This document shows, piece after piece, positions 18,349 to 28,192 of a stretch of DNA of 37,295 nt. Both the position numbers and the translations under genes were made by a program. Position 1 is the first letter of the stretch. The number at the start of each line of letters is the position of its first letter. The stretch comes from Polaribacter sp. (GTDB taxonomy: Bacteria; Bacteroidota; Bacteroidia; Flavobacteriales; Flavobacteriaceae). Below the pieces are notes generated by a model that made no database searches, was not told the DNA's origin, and saw only the letters and a program-made list of their open reading frames with translations. Location: contig JANQTK010000252.1 of the NCBI GenBank assembly GCA_030731695.1, forward strand, positions 1-37,295, read 5' to 3'.

Positions 18349-20030
18349 AATTGATTCGATTTAAATTGTTCAATTGCAAATTTGCAGGCTCTTGCAGTAA
18401 GTGCCATATAAGTTAAAGAAGGATTTTGGCATGCAGACGAAGTCATACAACTACCATCAGTTATAAAAACATTTTTAACATCGTGCATTTGATTGTATTT
18501 ATTAAGTACAGAAGTTTTAGGATCATTTCCCATTCTTGCTGTTCCCATTTCGTGAACAGCCGATCCTGGAGGTGGGCTATTTCTATAACTTCCTACATTT
18601 TTAAAACCTGCTTTTATCAAGATTTCTTCGCTAGATTTTGTCATATGCTCTATCATTGCTAATTCATTTTCACCATATTCAAAATGAACTTTTACTAGTG
18701 GTAATCCCCATTGATCTAAATTTTGATGATCTAAAGAAATTTTATTTTCGTAATAAGGTAAAACCTCGCCACGACCACCCAATGAAATAATCCATTTTCC
18801 TGGTTTTTGAAGTTGCGCTTTTAATGTAGCACCAAAACCTTTGGTGGGTTTTGAATCCCAATGTTCTCTCTCTCCTTTTCCTTGAATTCCATATCCTCTA
18901 ATAAAATTGGGATTTGAAGTTTTAGAATCTAAATTTTGGAATCTTGGAATGTAAATTGTTCCAGGAGATCTGCCTTCGTAATACTTATCTAACAAACCAT
19001 CAAAAGTTCCATACGTTCCTTCATTTACCACATGATCCATTAAATTATGACCAACTTGTAAACTTGAATTTCCTAATCCATTTGGAAATGATTTAGAAAC
19101 AGAATTCAATAAAATAGATGCTGTGGCAATTGCAGATGCATTTAAGAAAATTATTTTTGCATAATACGTAATTTCATCTTTCGAAATAGCATCGATTATT
19201 GTAACTCCAATAGCTTTTTTAGTTTCCTCATCGTAAACAACTTCTTTTACGATTGAATTTTCTCTGAGTGTTACGTTTCCACTATTATAAGCATCTAAAA
19301 GTGTTGAAGAGTTGCTGCTAAAATATCCTGAAAATGGGCATCCTCTGCTACATAAGTTGCGATACATGCATTTGCCTCTTCCTTCTTTGTAATCTGTTAA
19401 ATTTGCTACCCTTCCATTTATTATACAACGATCAGTATAGTGTTTACTTACGCTATCTTTTAAATGTTTTTCAATAGCATTCAATGGTATTGGTGGCAAA
19501 AAAACACCATCAGGTAAATGAGGTATTGACTCTGAACTTCCGCTAATTCCAACATATTCTTCAACATAATCATACCATTCTTTTAAATCATCATATCTGA
19601 TAGGCCAATCAATTCCATATCCATCTTTTTTATTTGCTTCAAAATCTAAATCAGAAAGACGATAACTTTGACGTCCCCAAGTTAATGATCTGCCTCCAAC
19701 TTGATAACCTCTAATCCATTTAAAAGGTTTTTCTTGAATATAAGGATGCTCACTATCTTTAACATAGAAATGCATGTCACCAGCATTGCAGTGACTACTT
19801 TGAACAGGTCTTTCTTCTATTTCTTTTGATGTTAAATGCATTCTATTAGGAAACTCCCAAGGTTCTTTAAGAGCTGTAATATAGTCTGTTAAGTGTTCTA
19901 CATTTCTTCCTCTTTCAAGCACGAGCGTTTTCAATCCTCCTTCAGTAAGTTCTTTAGCTGCCCAACCTCCACTGATGCCAGATCCAACAACGATAGCATC
20001 AAAAGTATTTGTTTCTGTTTGGTTTTTCAT
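18345..20030 (-). CDS. GMC family FAD oxidoreductase (glycoside/glucoside 3-dehydrogenase-like)
   Basis: GSGISGGWAAKEL FAD motif, VGGRSLTWGRQ, C...N.CSRGCP Cys cluster, HEMGTARMG, QNPSLTYMAL. Confidence 0.9.
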   Translation of the reverse strand: MKNQTETNTFDAIVVGSGISGGWAAKELTEGGLKTLVLERGRNVEHLTDYITALKEPWEFPNRMHLTSKEIEERPVQSSHCNAGDMHFYVKDSEHPYIQEKPFKWIRGYQVGGRSLTWGRQSYRLSDLDFEANKKDGYGIDWPIRYDDLKEWYDYVEEYVGISGSSESIPHLPDGVFLPPIPLNAIEKHLKDSVSKHYTDRCIINGRVANLTDYKEGRGKCMYRNLCSRGCPFSGYFSSNSSTLLDAYNSGNVTLRENSIVKEVVYDEETKKAIGVTIIDAISKDEITYYAKIIFLNASAIATASILLNSVSKSFPNGLGNSSLQVGHNLMDHVVNEGTYGTFDGLLDKYYEGRSPGTIYIPRFQNLDSKTSNPNFIRGYGIQGKGEREHWDSKPTKGFGATLKAQLQKPGKWIISLGGRGEVLPYYENKISLDHQNLDQWGLPLVKVHFEYGENELAMIEHMTKSSEEILIKAGFKNVGSYRNSPPPGSAVHEMGTARMGNDPKTSVLNKYNQMHDVKNVFITDGSCMTSSACQNPSLTYMALTARACKFAIEQFKSNQL

Positions 20031-20037
20031 AGTAAAT

Positions 20038-20604
20038 TTATCTTGTTGCCCAAGCTTTTTGATTGGGTGTTATTGCAGTAATTGCAGCATAGTTACCAGG
20101 TACAGGAACGTAGGATAACAATTCTGTAGCACCAAGTTCTGACGAACAGTAACCTTCGATTGTCAGTGATTTTAGGATATTGAAAAAAGAACGCCCTCTT
20201 ATTTTGGTATCAATTTTTGTAAAAAAACTGCTAGAATCTTGATTGGTATCTAAGTTTTTTAGGACTTCTATTTTTTGTTGATTTGTACACTTTTGAAATA
20301 CAGTGTTATAGTCACTTAAACAAGTACTTTGGATATCATTTAAGCCATTATAAAAAGTATTGAACTCTTTATTTGATGAACATGATTCCATAAAATTGAT
20401 AATAAAATCATGAACATTAGCTTCTTTCGCACCTGGAGTATCTGTAGGAGGTATAATTACATCTACTAATTCAGCAATTAAATCTTTATAATTTTTAAGT
20501 TTTCCTCTGTTTGATGTTCCATAAAAAAAATTGTAACCAGTAAAGGAAGCAATACTAATTCCGGTGAAGGCTAAAATTCCTCCAATAGCTTTTCTTCTAT
20601 CCAT
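20038..20604 (-). CDS. Gluconate 2-dehydrogenase subunit 3 family Tat-exported small subunit
   Basis: MDRRKAI twin-arginine signal, IIPPTDTPGA, GYCSSELG, YVPVPG. Adjacent to the GMC gene. Confidence 0.85.
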   Translation of the reverse strand: MDRRKAIGGILAFTGISIASFTGYNFFYGTSNRGKLKNYKDLIAELVDVIIPPTDTPGAKEANVHDFIINFMESCSSNKEFNTFYNGLNDIQSTCLSDYNTVFQKCTNQQKIEVLKNLDTNQDSSSFFTKIDTKIRGRSFFNILKSLTIEGYCSSELGATELLSYVPVPGNYAAITAITPNQKAWATR

Positions 20605-20622
20605 AATTGAATTATTTTTTGT

Positions 20623-21813
20623 TTAACTCGCTCTTTTTGAGCGTTCCCAATTGACAGATTGTGTGTTGTTTATATATCGAAAAAACCCTAAAATCACTGA
20701 TAAATTCATAATGAAAAAGTAATAAGGGATAAATAGTATTTTAATTCTGGTTTCTCTATTTTCTAAAAACCAACCCAATAATGCAGCAGCATAAAAAAGG
20801 TTTTGCAACCAAAAAAATAGTGTGTATAGTGAAAATGAAAAAAGCCCTTCATCAATAGCAAGCATTGTTAAAACAGGAATTAACAACACCAAACACAATG
20901 GCGTTAAACTCCAACGCAAAACTCGATGTGAAATGTATTGAAATGATAATGTTCCGTATTTAAAAACATTCAGTAATGACTTTAATCTCACAATAGATTG
21001 AATTCCACCTGCTGAAATTCTGATTTTTCGTTTTAATTCTTCCTTTACATTTGCAGATGCTGTTTCTATGGCATACGCTTCAGGATCGTATTGAATTGTA
21101 TAACCATCTTGAGCAACTCGTAAAGAAATCATAAAATCATCTAAAATCGTATCTTTTTCCACATGACGATATAACGAAGTTCTAATGGCAAATAATTCGC
21201 CAGCAGCACCAACAACTGAGTACAGTTCTGCATCCCATTTTTTTAAGGTAGATTCATATTTCCAATACAAACCTTCGCCTGCACCAGAAGCCACATCACT
21301 TTCTTTATCAACAATTCTTTTTTCACCTGAAACACAGCCAACTTTTGGATTGCTAAATAATTGAACAATTCTTTTAATGGACTCTTTTCCAAGGTTGGTA
21401 TTTGCATCACTAAAAATTACAATGGGCGTTTTTACAAATTGCATTCCTCTATTCATTGCACCAATTTTACCATTTCGAGCATCTAAATGATGAACAGTTG
21501 TGTTAGGATAACCTTTTAACAAATCTGGTGTGCCATCATTAGAACCGTCAGTAACCCAAACAATGTGTAATTTATCTTTAGGATAATCTAATGATAATGT
21601 ATTTTTCATTTTGGCAGCTACATAGTCTTTTTCGTTATAAGCCGCAATAAATAAGGTGACTTCTGGTTGAAAGTTTTCATCAATTGGAGACTTTTTTCCA
21701 ATTTTGAAAAATCTCCTAATTTTAATGATTGCAAATAATAAAATACCATAACCAACATAGGTATAAACGATGATAAATATCAATATCCAGCAAGTAATTT
21801 TTAATAAATCCAT
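20623..21813 (-). CDS. Glycosyltransferase family 2 with TM helices
   Basis: IAAYNE, DGSNDGT, FSDAN, YWKYE, DDF, RKIRI. N- and C-terminal TM segments. Confidence 0.92.
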   Translation of the reverse strand: MDLLKITCWILIFIIVYTYVGYGILLFAIIKIRRFFKIGKKSPIDENFQPEVTLFIAAYNEKDYVAAKMKNTLSLDYPKDKLHIVWVTDGSNDGTPDLLKGYPNTTVHHLDARNGKIGAMNRGMQFVKTPIVIFSDANTNLGKESIKRIVQLFSNPKVGCVSGEKRIVDKESDVASGAGEGLYWKYESTLKKWDAELYSVVGAAGELFAIRTSLYRHVEKDTILDDFMISLRVAQDGYTIQYDPEAYAIETASANVKEELKRKIRISAGGIQSIVRLKSLLNVFKYGTLSFQYISHRVLRWSLTPLCLVLLIPVLTMLAIDEGLFSFSLYTLFFWLQNLFYAAALLGWFLENRETRIKILFIPYYFFIMNLSVILGFFRYINNTQSVNWERSKRAS

Positions 21814-21823
21814 GATATAATTT

Positions 21824-22438
21824 TTAAACTTTTTCCCAAACCTTTGTCTCGTGATTGTATTTTTTTAGCACTTTGGCAGGATTTCCAACAGCTACAGAAT
21901 ATGATGGAATATTTTTGGTTACAATACTTCCAGCTGCAATTACACAGTTTTTTCCAATGGTTACACCAGCCAAAACAACAACATTTGCGCCAATCCAAGT
22001 ACCATCTTCTATGGTAATAGGAGATGTAGAAACACCTTGCTCGTGAATTGGACGATTTACATCTTCATAATTATGATTTAATCCAGATAGTGTAATGTTT
22101 TGTGCCAAACGAATATCATTACCAATCAAGACTGGTCCAATAATCGTATTGCTAAGTCCTATTTTGGTTCTGTCTCCAATAATTACATTTCCTACACCAT
22201 TGTTTATTGCCGAAAAATCTTCTATGGTAGAATCTTCTCCTAATTCAAATTTATTCCAAGGAACTACATCCATTCTTGTTCTTGGTCTTACAATAGCACC
22301 TTTTCCTTTTTTATGATAAAACGGATTCACAAACCATTTTATCCATAATCTTGGTCGTGTTTGTTTTGGAATTAGAATAGACCAATGAACGAGTTTTTTT
22401 AAACTCTCATTCGATTTTATTTTTTCTTTTAGTCCCAT
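21824..22438 (-). CDS. Hexapeptide-repeat O-acetyltransferase
   Basis: WIGANVVVLAGVTIG...IAAGSIVTK...VGNPAKV. Confidence 0.9.
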   Translation of the reverse strand: MGLKEKIKSNESLKKLVHWSILIPKQTRPRLWIKWFVNPFYHKKGKGAIVRPRTRMDVVPWNKFELGEDSTIEDFSAINNGVGNVIIGDRTKIGLSNTIIGPVLIGNDIRLAQNITLSGLNHNYEDVNRPIHEQGVSTSPITIEDGTWIGANVVVLAGVTIGKNCVIAAGSIVTKNIPSYSVAVGNPAKVLKKYNHETKVWEKV

Positions 22439-23643
22439 TTTACGCTATGTTTGGTTGATTTTATGATGGCTTCGTAAATAGCTTTCACATTGTTTTCCCA
22501 GGTATGACTTTTGGCATATTCAATTCTGTTTTGGATACGTTCGCTCGTATTTTCTGACAAAGCTTTGTCAATTAAAGTAACATAATCTTCTTTGCTATCT
22601 GCCAAATACACATGTTCTTTAAACATTTGCATTGTCTTAGTATTTGTGGCAACAACAGGTTTTCCCATGGCTAAATATTCATCGATTTTTCGGGGATAAT
22701 TTCCAATAGTTAAATTGTTTTTTAGTTGTGGATTGGTGGTAACATCAAATCCTTTTACATAATTAGGAAGTTGCAAAGCATCTTTACTACCTAAAAAATA
22801 AACATTTGACATGGAGTGTAATTTAGATTTTTTAAAATCTTCATCCTCAGGCCCTACCAAAACAATACTCCAATCTTTCTTTTGCGATGCAATAAATTCT
22901 AGCAATTCAATATCCAATCGTAAGCTAGTTAATGAACCTACATAGCCAAAAATAGGAGAGGGTATATTTTTAAACTCTTCAGCAATTTTGATGGAATTGT
23001 CTTCGTCATTAAATAAAGATACATCACATCCTTGACCAACCATATAACTATGAGGATTGTATTGTTTGCAAAAATCTTCGAAAAACTCAGAATTGGTTAA
23101 AACTACATCCGCTTTTTTAATAACTTGAGGTTCAATTCTTTCTCCATGTTTTTGCCAATAAGGTACTTTTACCAAATAATCTCTCATATAATAAGCATAG
23201 GTTTTTGGTTGTAAAAGTTTTTTCAAATGAAGCCCTAAAAACATAGAACTGTCGTTAAACAAAATGGTATTTTTAAACTGTAATCTTTGAGTTGCGGTTT
23301 TAATATCTTCTGCATAACTAACAGTATTTCTTTTATTTAGAAATTTAAATACGCTATGTATAGGAATCCAATTAATAGATTCAACAAGAGTTTTTGGGTA
23401 TAAATTCCAAAGATTTGGGCCAATTTCTACTAGATCAACTTCTTCACCATTTTTTATTCGGATTCTTTTTTGAATAGATTCTTTATCTTTTTGCTCTTTC
23501 ATGACAGACCTTAACATTGGCGGATTTACGTATAAAACACGATTGTGTTTTGCAAATTCTAGCGCAATATTTTTACAATTGCTACCAATTTCTATATCCC
23601 AAGCTTGGATGCCAACTACGATGATGTCTTTACCTGTTATCAT
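22429..23643 (-). CDS. GT-B fold glycosyltransferase (GT4/TuaH-like)
   Basis: FGYVGSL, VLVGP, NVYFLG, YPRKIDEYLAMGKPVVAT. Confidence 0.85.
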   Translation of the reverse strand: MITGKDIIVVGIQAWDIEIGSNCKNIALEFAKHNRVLYVNPPMLRSVMKEQKDKESIQKRIRIKNGEEVDLVEIGPNLWNLYPKTLVESINWIPIHSVFKFLNKRNTVSYAEDIKTATQRLQFKNTILFNDSSMFLGLHLKKLLQPKTYAYYMRDYLVKVPYWQKHGERIEPQVIKKADVVLTNSEFFEDFCKQYNPHSYMVGQGCDVSLFNDEDNSIKIAEEFKNIPSPIFGYVGSLTSLRLDIELLEFIASQKKDWSIVLVGPEDEDFKKSKLHSMSNVYFLGSKDALQLPNYVKGFDVTTNPQLKNNLTIGNYPRKIDEYLAMGKPVVATNTKTMQMFKEHVYLADSKEDYVTLIDKALSENTSERIQNRIEYAKSHTWENNVKAIYEAIIKSTKHSVKWD

Positions 23644-23657
23644 GATTTTTATTTTGT

Positions 23658-24809
23658 TTAGATATTTCCATGAATTAATTCATATTGCTTCAAATAGTCT
23701 TTTGCCATGTTTTTCCATGAAAATTGTTTGCTTCTTTCTAAACCTTTTTCACAAAGAGACTTCCTATAATCATCATCATTTAAAATTTTAATAATACCAG
23801 CTGTAATTTCTTCGGATTGAAAAGGGTCAATTATATGAGCTGCATCTGCTGCAACCTCTGGCATTGATGAGGTGTTTGATGTGATTACTGGAACATTACA
23901 AGACATGGCTTCTAGCATTGGAATACCAAAACTTTCTCGCAAAGATGGATATAGAAAAACAGCGCATTGTGAATAGATTGCTGGTAAATCTGTGTTCACA
24001 ACATATCCTGTTAAAACTATTTGATTGATGAGATTCACATCATTAATTTCTAGTAAAAGTTTATTAAGCTCAATTTTATCATAATCAAGCATCACCAATT
24101 TATAATCAGAATTTGATTGTTTTAAAAAATCGGAAAAGGCTTTTAAAGTTCCTTTGGTATTCTTTTTTGGATCTGTATTTCCTAAGAAAAAGAAAAATTT
24201 ATCAGGTAAATGATATTTATTTTTAACCCTTAAAAGTTCTTCATTATTTGTTATTGGTTTAAAATGTTCGCTTACACCATTGTAAATTGCATCTAGTTTT
24301 TTATCTCCTTTGATACCAAAAAATTCTCCAATTCTATTTTTCTCAAAATGAGATACTGTGATTACTTTTTTACTTTTTTTTACAACACGAGGCACAACAA
24401 GTTTTCGATAAATATTGCCAAATTTTTGATAAGCACTAGCGCTACTTTTTAGGATTTTCAGGTAACTACTTTCCATGTAAATGATATCATGAAGAATTGT
24501 AATTAAAGGAATATCAGTAAAAAACGGAGCTGTATTACTTGTACAATGCAAAATATCGCATTGGTATTTTTTTGCAGCTTTTGGTAATGCTATTTGTTCC
24601 CAAGTTGGATAAGGTCCACCATTTAATTCAATAATTTTAAAGTTTGCAGTTTCCTGAAGTACGGAATTATCTTCATCGGGTTTTACAAAAATAAAATAGT
24701 CATTTTTTGTATCAATAATTTGCAGGTTTTTGATAAGTTCTAAAGCAACCATGTCCATACCATGTTTCTTTTTGCGAAAAATCCTTTGTGCTTCAATACC
24801 TATTCTCAT
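23658..24809 (-). CDS. Glycosyltransferase family 4
   Basis: ITILHD, ITVS, KKN, YPSLRESFGIPMLEAM (EX7E), FSW. Confidence 0.93.
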   Translation of the reverse strand: MRIGIEAQRIFRKKKHGMDMVALELIKNLQIIDTKNDYFIFVKPDEDNSVLQETANFKIIELNGGPYPTWEQIALPKAAKKYQCDILHCTSNTAPFFTDIPLITILHDIIYMESSYLKILKSSASAYQKFGNIYRKLVVPRVVKKSKKVITVSHFEKNRIGEFFGIKGDKKLDAIYNGVSEHFKPITNNEELLRVKNKYHLPDKFFFFLGNTDPKKNTKGTLKAFSDFLKQSNSDYKLVMLDYDKIELNKLLLEINDVNLINQIVLTGYVVNTDLPAIYSQCAVFLYPSLRESFGIPMLEAMSCNVPVITSNTSSMPEVAADAAHIIDPFQSEEITAGIIKILNDDDYRKSLCEKGLERSKQFSWKNMAKDYLKQYELIHGNI

Positions 24810-24820
24810 AATGCAGTGTT

Positions 24821-25894
24821 TTAAACATTAATTAGCAAATAACTCTTTAGTTTTTTTCTGATTTGACCATAAATAACCACTTCAATTATATATGAAAACA
24901 AAAACATGAAAAGAATATAAATTGTATTTTTTAGGATTACATTATTGATAAAATCCAGATAAGTTGCCTCAATAACTAAATAATGATGCGAAATATAAAT
25001 ACCATAAGAAAAAGGAGCTAAATACTTAAAAACTCCAAAAAGTTCATGAAAACCAAACCAATTTAATTTTTTCCAAATGATTCCACCAAACATTGCTAAA
25101 ATGGCGAAAACAAAATGACGCAATTCAATAAATGGGAAAGCTACTAAAGGATATTCATATATTTTTGTATATCCAAAGTTGATGTATAAATTGATGCTTA
25201 AAAGAGCTATAATCACAATTAAAACATAGCTGTAATTTTTAATTGATGTAAATGTATAGCTTTCTCCTTTCAGATAAATCTCTGCGAATCTTACTCCAAT
25301 CCACCAAATGCCAAAATACATGAAAATTCTATTGATGATAAATGGATATATTAAATATGAAATTGCGGCTATTATTGTTAAAATAATTACCCAATTATGA
25401 ATTTTAGAAGGTGCAATTTTTTTAGATAAAAATAAAAAAATCATATAAAACCACCATTCATAAGACAATGACCAAAGAACACCATTTGCCATATAAACAG
25501 GTGAAATTACATTTGGTTTTAATGAAATTACATCCTGAAGCATGAACAAGTTTCCTAAAAGAGTTTTCCACTCAGGATCTGCTAAACTGCCTTCTGCATA
25601 ACATTTTAAAATATAGGCTAATAGGAAAATGCATATCAAAGGAATATAAATCCTTAAAAATCTTCTCAAAAAATATTTTTTAAACGATTTATCTGAGGAG
25701 TTTTCCCAAGTATATTTAATTACAAAACCACTTAAAATAAAAAACATAATTACAGCTTCAGATCCAAAGCGAAATAAAAAACCGATATTGATTCCAAAAA
25801 GCAATATTTTTTGTGGTAACAAATGAAAAAGCACCACATAAAATGCAGCGAATCCACGAATGGCTTCTAATTTTTCAATTTTTTTATTTTTCAT
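24821..25894 (-). CDS. Acyltransferase 3 family membrane O-acyltransferase
   Basis: LEAIRGFAA..V..FH, FFILSGFV, RRFLRIY, WSLSYEWWFY, SYGIYISH. Confidence 0.9.
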   Translation of the reverse strand: MKNKKIEKLEAIRGFAAFYVVLFHLLPQKILLFGINIGFLFRFGSEAVIMFFILSGFVIKYTWENSSDKSFKKYFLRRFLRIYIPLICIFLLAYILKCYAEGSLADPEWKTLLGNLFMLQDVISLKPNVISPVYMANGVLWSLSYEWWFYMIFLFLSKKIAPSKIHNWVIILTIIAAISYLIYPFIINRIFMYFGIWWIGVRFAEIYLKGESYTFTSIKNYSYVLIVIIALLSINLYINFGYTKIYEYPLVAFPFIELRHFVFAILAMFGGIIWKKLNWFGFHELFGVFKYLAPFSYGIYISHHYLVIEATYLDFINNVILKNTIYILFMFLFSYIIEVVIYGQIRKKLKSYLLINV

Positions 25895-25920
25895 TTGTTT
25901 GATAAATGTCTAAGTATAAA

Positions 25921-27123
25921 TTATTTAGTTTTTATATCTTTTGAATTTGAAGTATGTTGAGTATGAATAAATGTTTTATTTGCTCCTTTTATTTTTAGCA
26001 AAGACAATAACATTGTAAACATTCCTTTAGGTAAACTCGCCAAAGCACCCAGAGTTTTTGAATTGTAAAATGAAATTGGAACAGAAAAAACAAATGATAA
26101 AACACAAGTTACCACCAAAGCAATCCAAAGTTTTGTATAAATAATTTGGTTTTCTAAAAAGTAATTGATGATTAAAAAAGCGACACTAAAAAGGATAACA
26201 GCGCCTAATAATAAAATTCTTGGAGGTTGTATAAATTGAATTGCTTTGTCAAAATAATCTACATTTCCTTTTGTAATTAAATCTTTTGTTGCATTTAAAA
26301 TGTCTTTTCTAAAATAATGAAATTGAGCAGATAACCATCTACGACGTTGATTGCCAAAAACTTCTGCTTTTTGAATTTTTTCGTCATACACAATAGCATC
26401 ATTTAGATATACAATTTTGCGTCCTTCTTTGAGCATTTTCAATTCAATTTCTTTGTCAAAACCGCCAATTGCAGTAACTGTAGCCATTAATGATTTAAAA
26501 TATTGATATCTAAAAGCCATTCCTGAGCCAATAATTGCAGACGAAAGACCTAAAACTCTATGTCCTTTTCTGAAGATATTGTTATTGATTTCTTCACTGA
26601 TTGCATCTAATATTGCCCAAGAATTATTAGTATTTTTTGCAGTACGATGACCTTGAACCGCAATAAAATCATACTCAAAAACAGCATTTATTTTTTGTAA
26701 AAAATCAGGAGCCATTACATTATCAGCATCTAAAACAACAGCAATTTCATAGTCTCTTTGTAATGTTTCCATTGCTTTATTTAAAGCTTTGGATTTTGTG
26801 CTTTTTTCAAAACTTACTTCAATCAACTTTATGGGTAATGTTTTTAGGGTTGCTAAGGTTTCTGCCTTGAAAGAATCAGCAATGATTACAACATCAAAAA
26901 GATTTTTAGGATATTTTTGTTCTAATGCTAATTTGGCAACTTCAATAATAACCTCATCTTCTTTATAACCTGGAACAAGCACAGCTATGCTTTTCATATT
27001 TCCATTATCGTTGTAGGTTTTTTGCTTGTAAAAAAGACTCGCGACTGAAAAAATAAAAATATAAAGTGTTGCTAAACCTAATAGAATCAGCAAAATGAGT
27101 TGTATGATATTTAATAGAAACAT
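25921..27123 (-). CDS. Glycosyltransferase family 2 with QxxRW motif
   Basis: VPGYKED, KSKALN, VLDADN, GSGMAF, QRRRW. Flanking TM helices. Confidence 0.9.
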   Translation of the reverse strand: MFLLNIIQLILLILLGLATLYIFIFSVASLFYKQKTYNDNGNMKSIAVLVPGYKEDEVIIEVAKLALEQKYPKNLFDVVIIADSFKAETLATLKTLPIKLIEVSFEKSTKSKALNKAMETLQRDYEIAVVLDADNVMAPDFLQKINAVFEYDFIAVQGHRTAKNTNNSWAILDAISEEINNNIFRKGHRVLGLSSAIIGSGMAFRYQYFKSLMATVTAIGGFDKEIELKMLKEGRKIVYLNDAIVYDEKIQKAEVFGNQRRRWLSAQFHYFRKDILNATKDLITKGNVDYFDKAIQFIQPPRILLLGAVILFSVAFLIINYFLENQIIYTKLWIALVVTCVLSFVFSVPISFYNSKTLGALASLPKGMFTMLLSLLKIKGANKTFIHTQHTSNSKDIKTK

Positions 27124-27177
27124 GATAAATAATTATAATTGAAAAACGAATTGAATGTTTTTAGAAATATTTTAAGA

Positions 27178-28122
27178 TTATCCTTTGAGTATTTTTCTTA
27201 ATTTATTTCTTACTTTTAATCCAAATTCTCTTAAAAATGGCAAATGTTTTCCACTTTTAAGGTTGTACAAAAATGATTCTGACTCAAAAATCATCTCAAA
27301 ATTTGCGGTACATAAAACAGGTTTTTTTGAGATTCTATTGATTTCGATAGCCTGATTTAATTCGCTTTCAATAAATAGTACATAAGGTTTAGCCATATAC
27401 GCTTTTGCTTTATGATCACCATGATTATTTGCTTTTTGACGAGCAGCCATATCTGGTAAATCTAACATCACCAAATCATTGTATTTTATGTTGTTTGCAG
27501 CCAACCAAGTTTCCGTTTCTTTTCGGTATTTTTCTAGTCTTGAGGTTACAATTGTTCCGATTTTGCTTCCTGGAATAAATAACGGAGGTGCATTTAAAAT
27601 AAAGTCAATATATTTTTCTCCATCATCATTTTGCTCAGGTAAAGGATCTGCACATAAAACGCCATCAATATCAAAACAAGCTTTTTCTAGAGTAGTATGA
27701 TTTAAAATATTCCATTGAAAATATCTTGGTAATGGCACAATTTCAAAGAAATAATCTACCATTTTTTCTTTACCAGCTATGATATAAACAGCACAATATT
27801 TGATATCAAATTTATCTTCAAGATGTTTTAGTTTCTCTCTCACTTCCACCATTGCAGAACCAGAAGCGATACTATCATCAACTACCAATACTTTTTTATA
27901 TGCTCCAGATTCAAAAAATTGACTTCTTGCGCCTGCTTTATAAATATGCCCGTTTAAAAAAGAGTCAATGTCAGTATAGGGTCTGTTGAGGTATAATGAT
28001 AAAAGATTTGCAGGTAACATACCACTTCTTGGAACGCCTACTATTAAATCAAAATCACGTGGAATAATACTTAGCCTTTGAAGTATAATATTATTTAAGT
28101 CCTTGATGTTTCTGTAATTCAT
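27178..28122 (-). CDS. Phosphoribosyltransferase-HAD phosphatase fusion
   Basis: Type I PRT motifs GVPRSG and VLVVDDSIASG, then HAD motif I CFDIDGVL, VTSR, K and FIES. Confidence 0.8.
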   Translation of the reverse strand: MNYRNIKDLNNIILQRLSIIPRDFDLIVGVPRSGMLPANLLSLYLNRPYTDIDSFLNGHIYKAGARSQFFESGAYKKVLVVDDSIASGSAMVEVREKLKHLEDKFDIKYCAVYIIAGKEKMVDYFFEIVPLPRYFQWNILNHTTLEKACFDIDGVLCADPLPEQNDDGEKYIDFILNAPPLFIPGSKIGTIVTSRLEKYRKETETWLAANNIKYNDLVMLDLPDMAARQKANNHGDHKAKAYMAKPYVLFIESELNQAIEINRISKKPVLCTANFEMIFESESFLYNLKSGKHLPFLREFGLKVRNKLRKILKG

Positions 28123-28192
28123 AATTTTAAAGTTAAGAGGTTGTTGATTAGTTGATGTATTTTTAGGGTTTTTTAAAGCCTTTATCTTTTGT

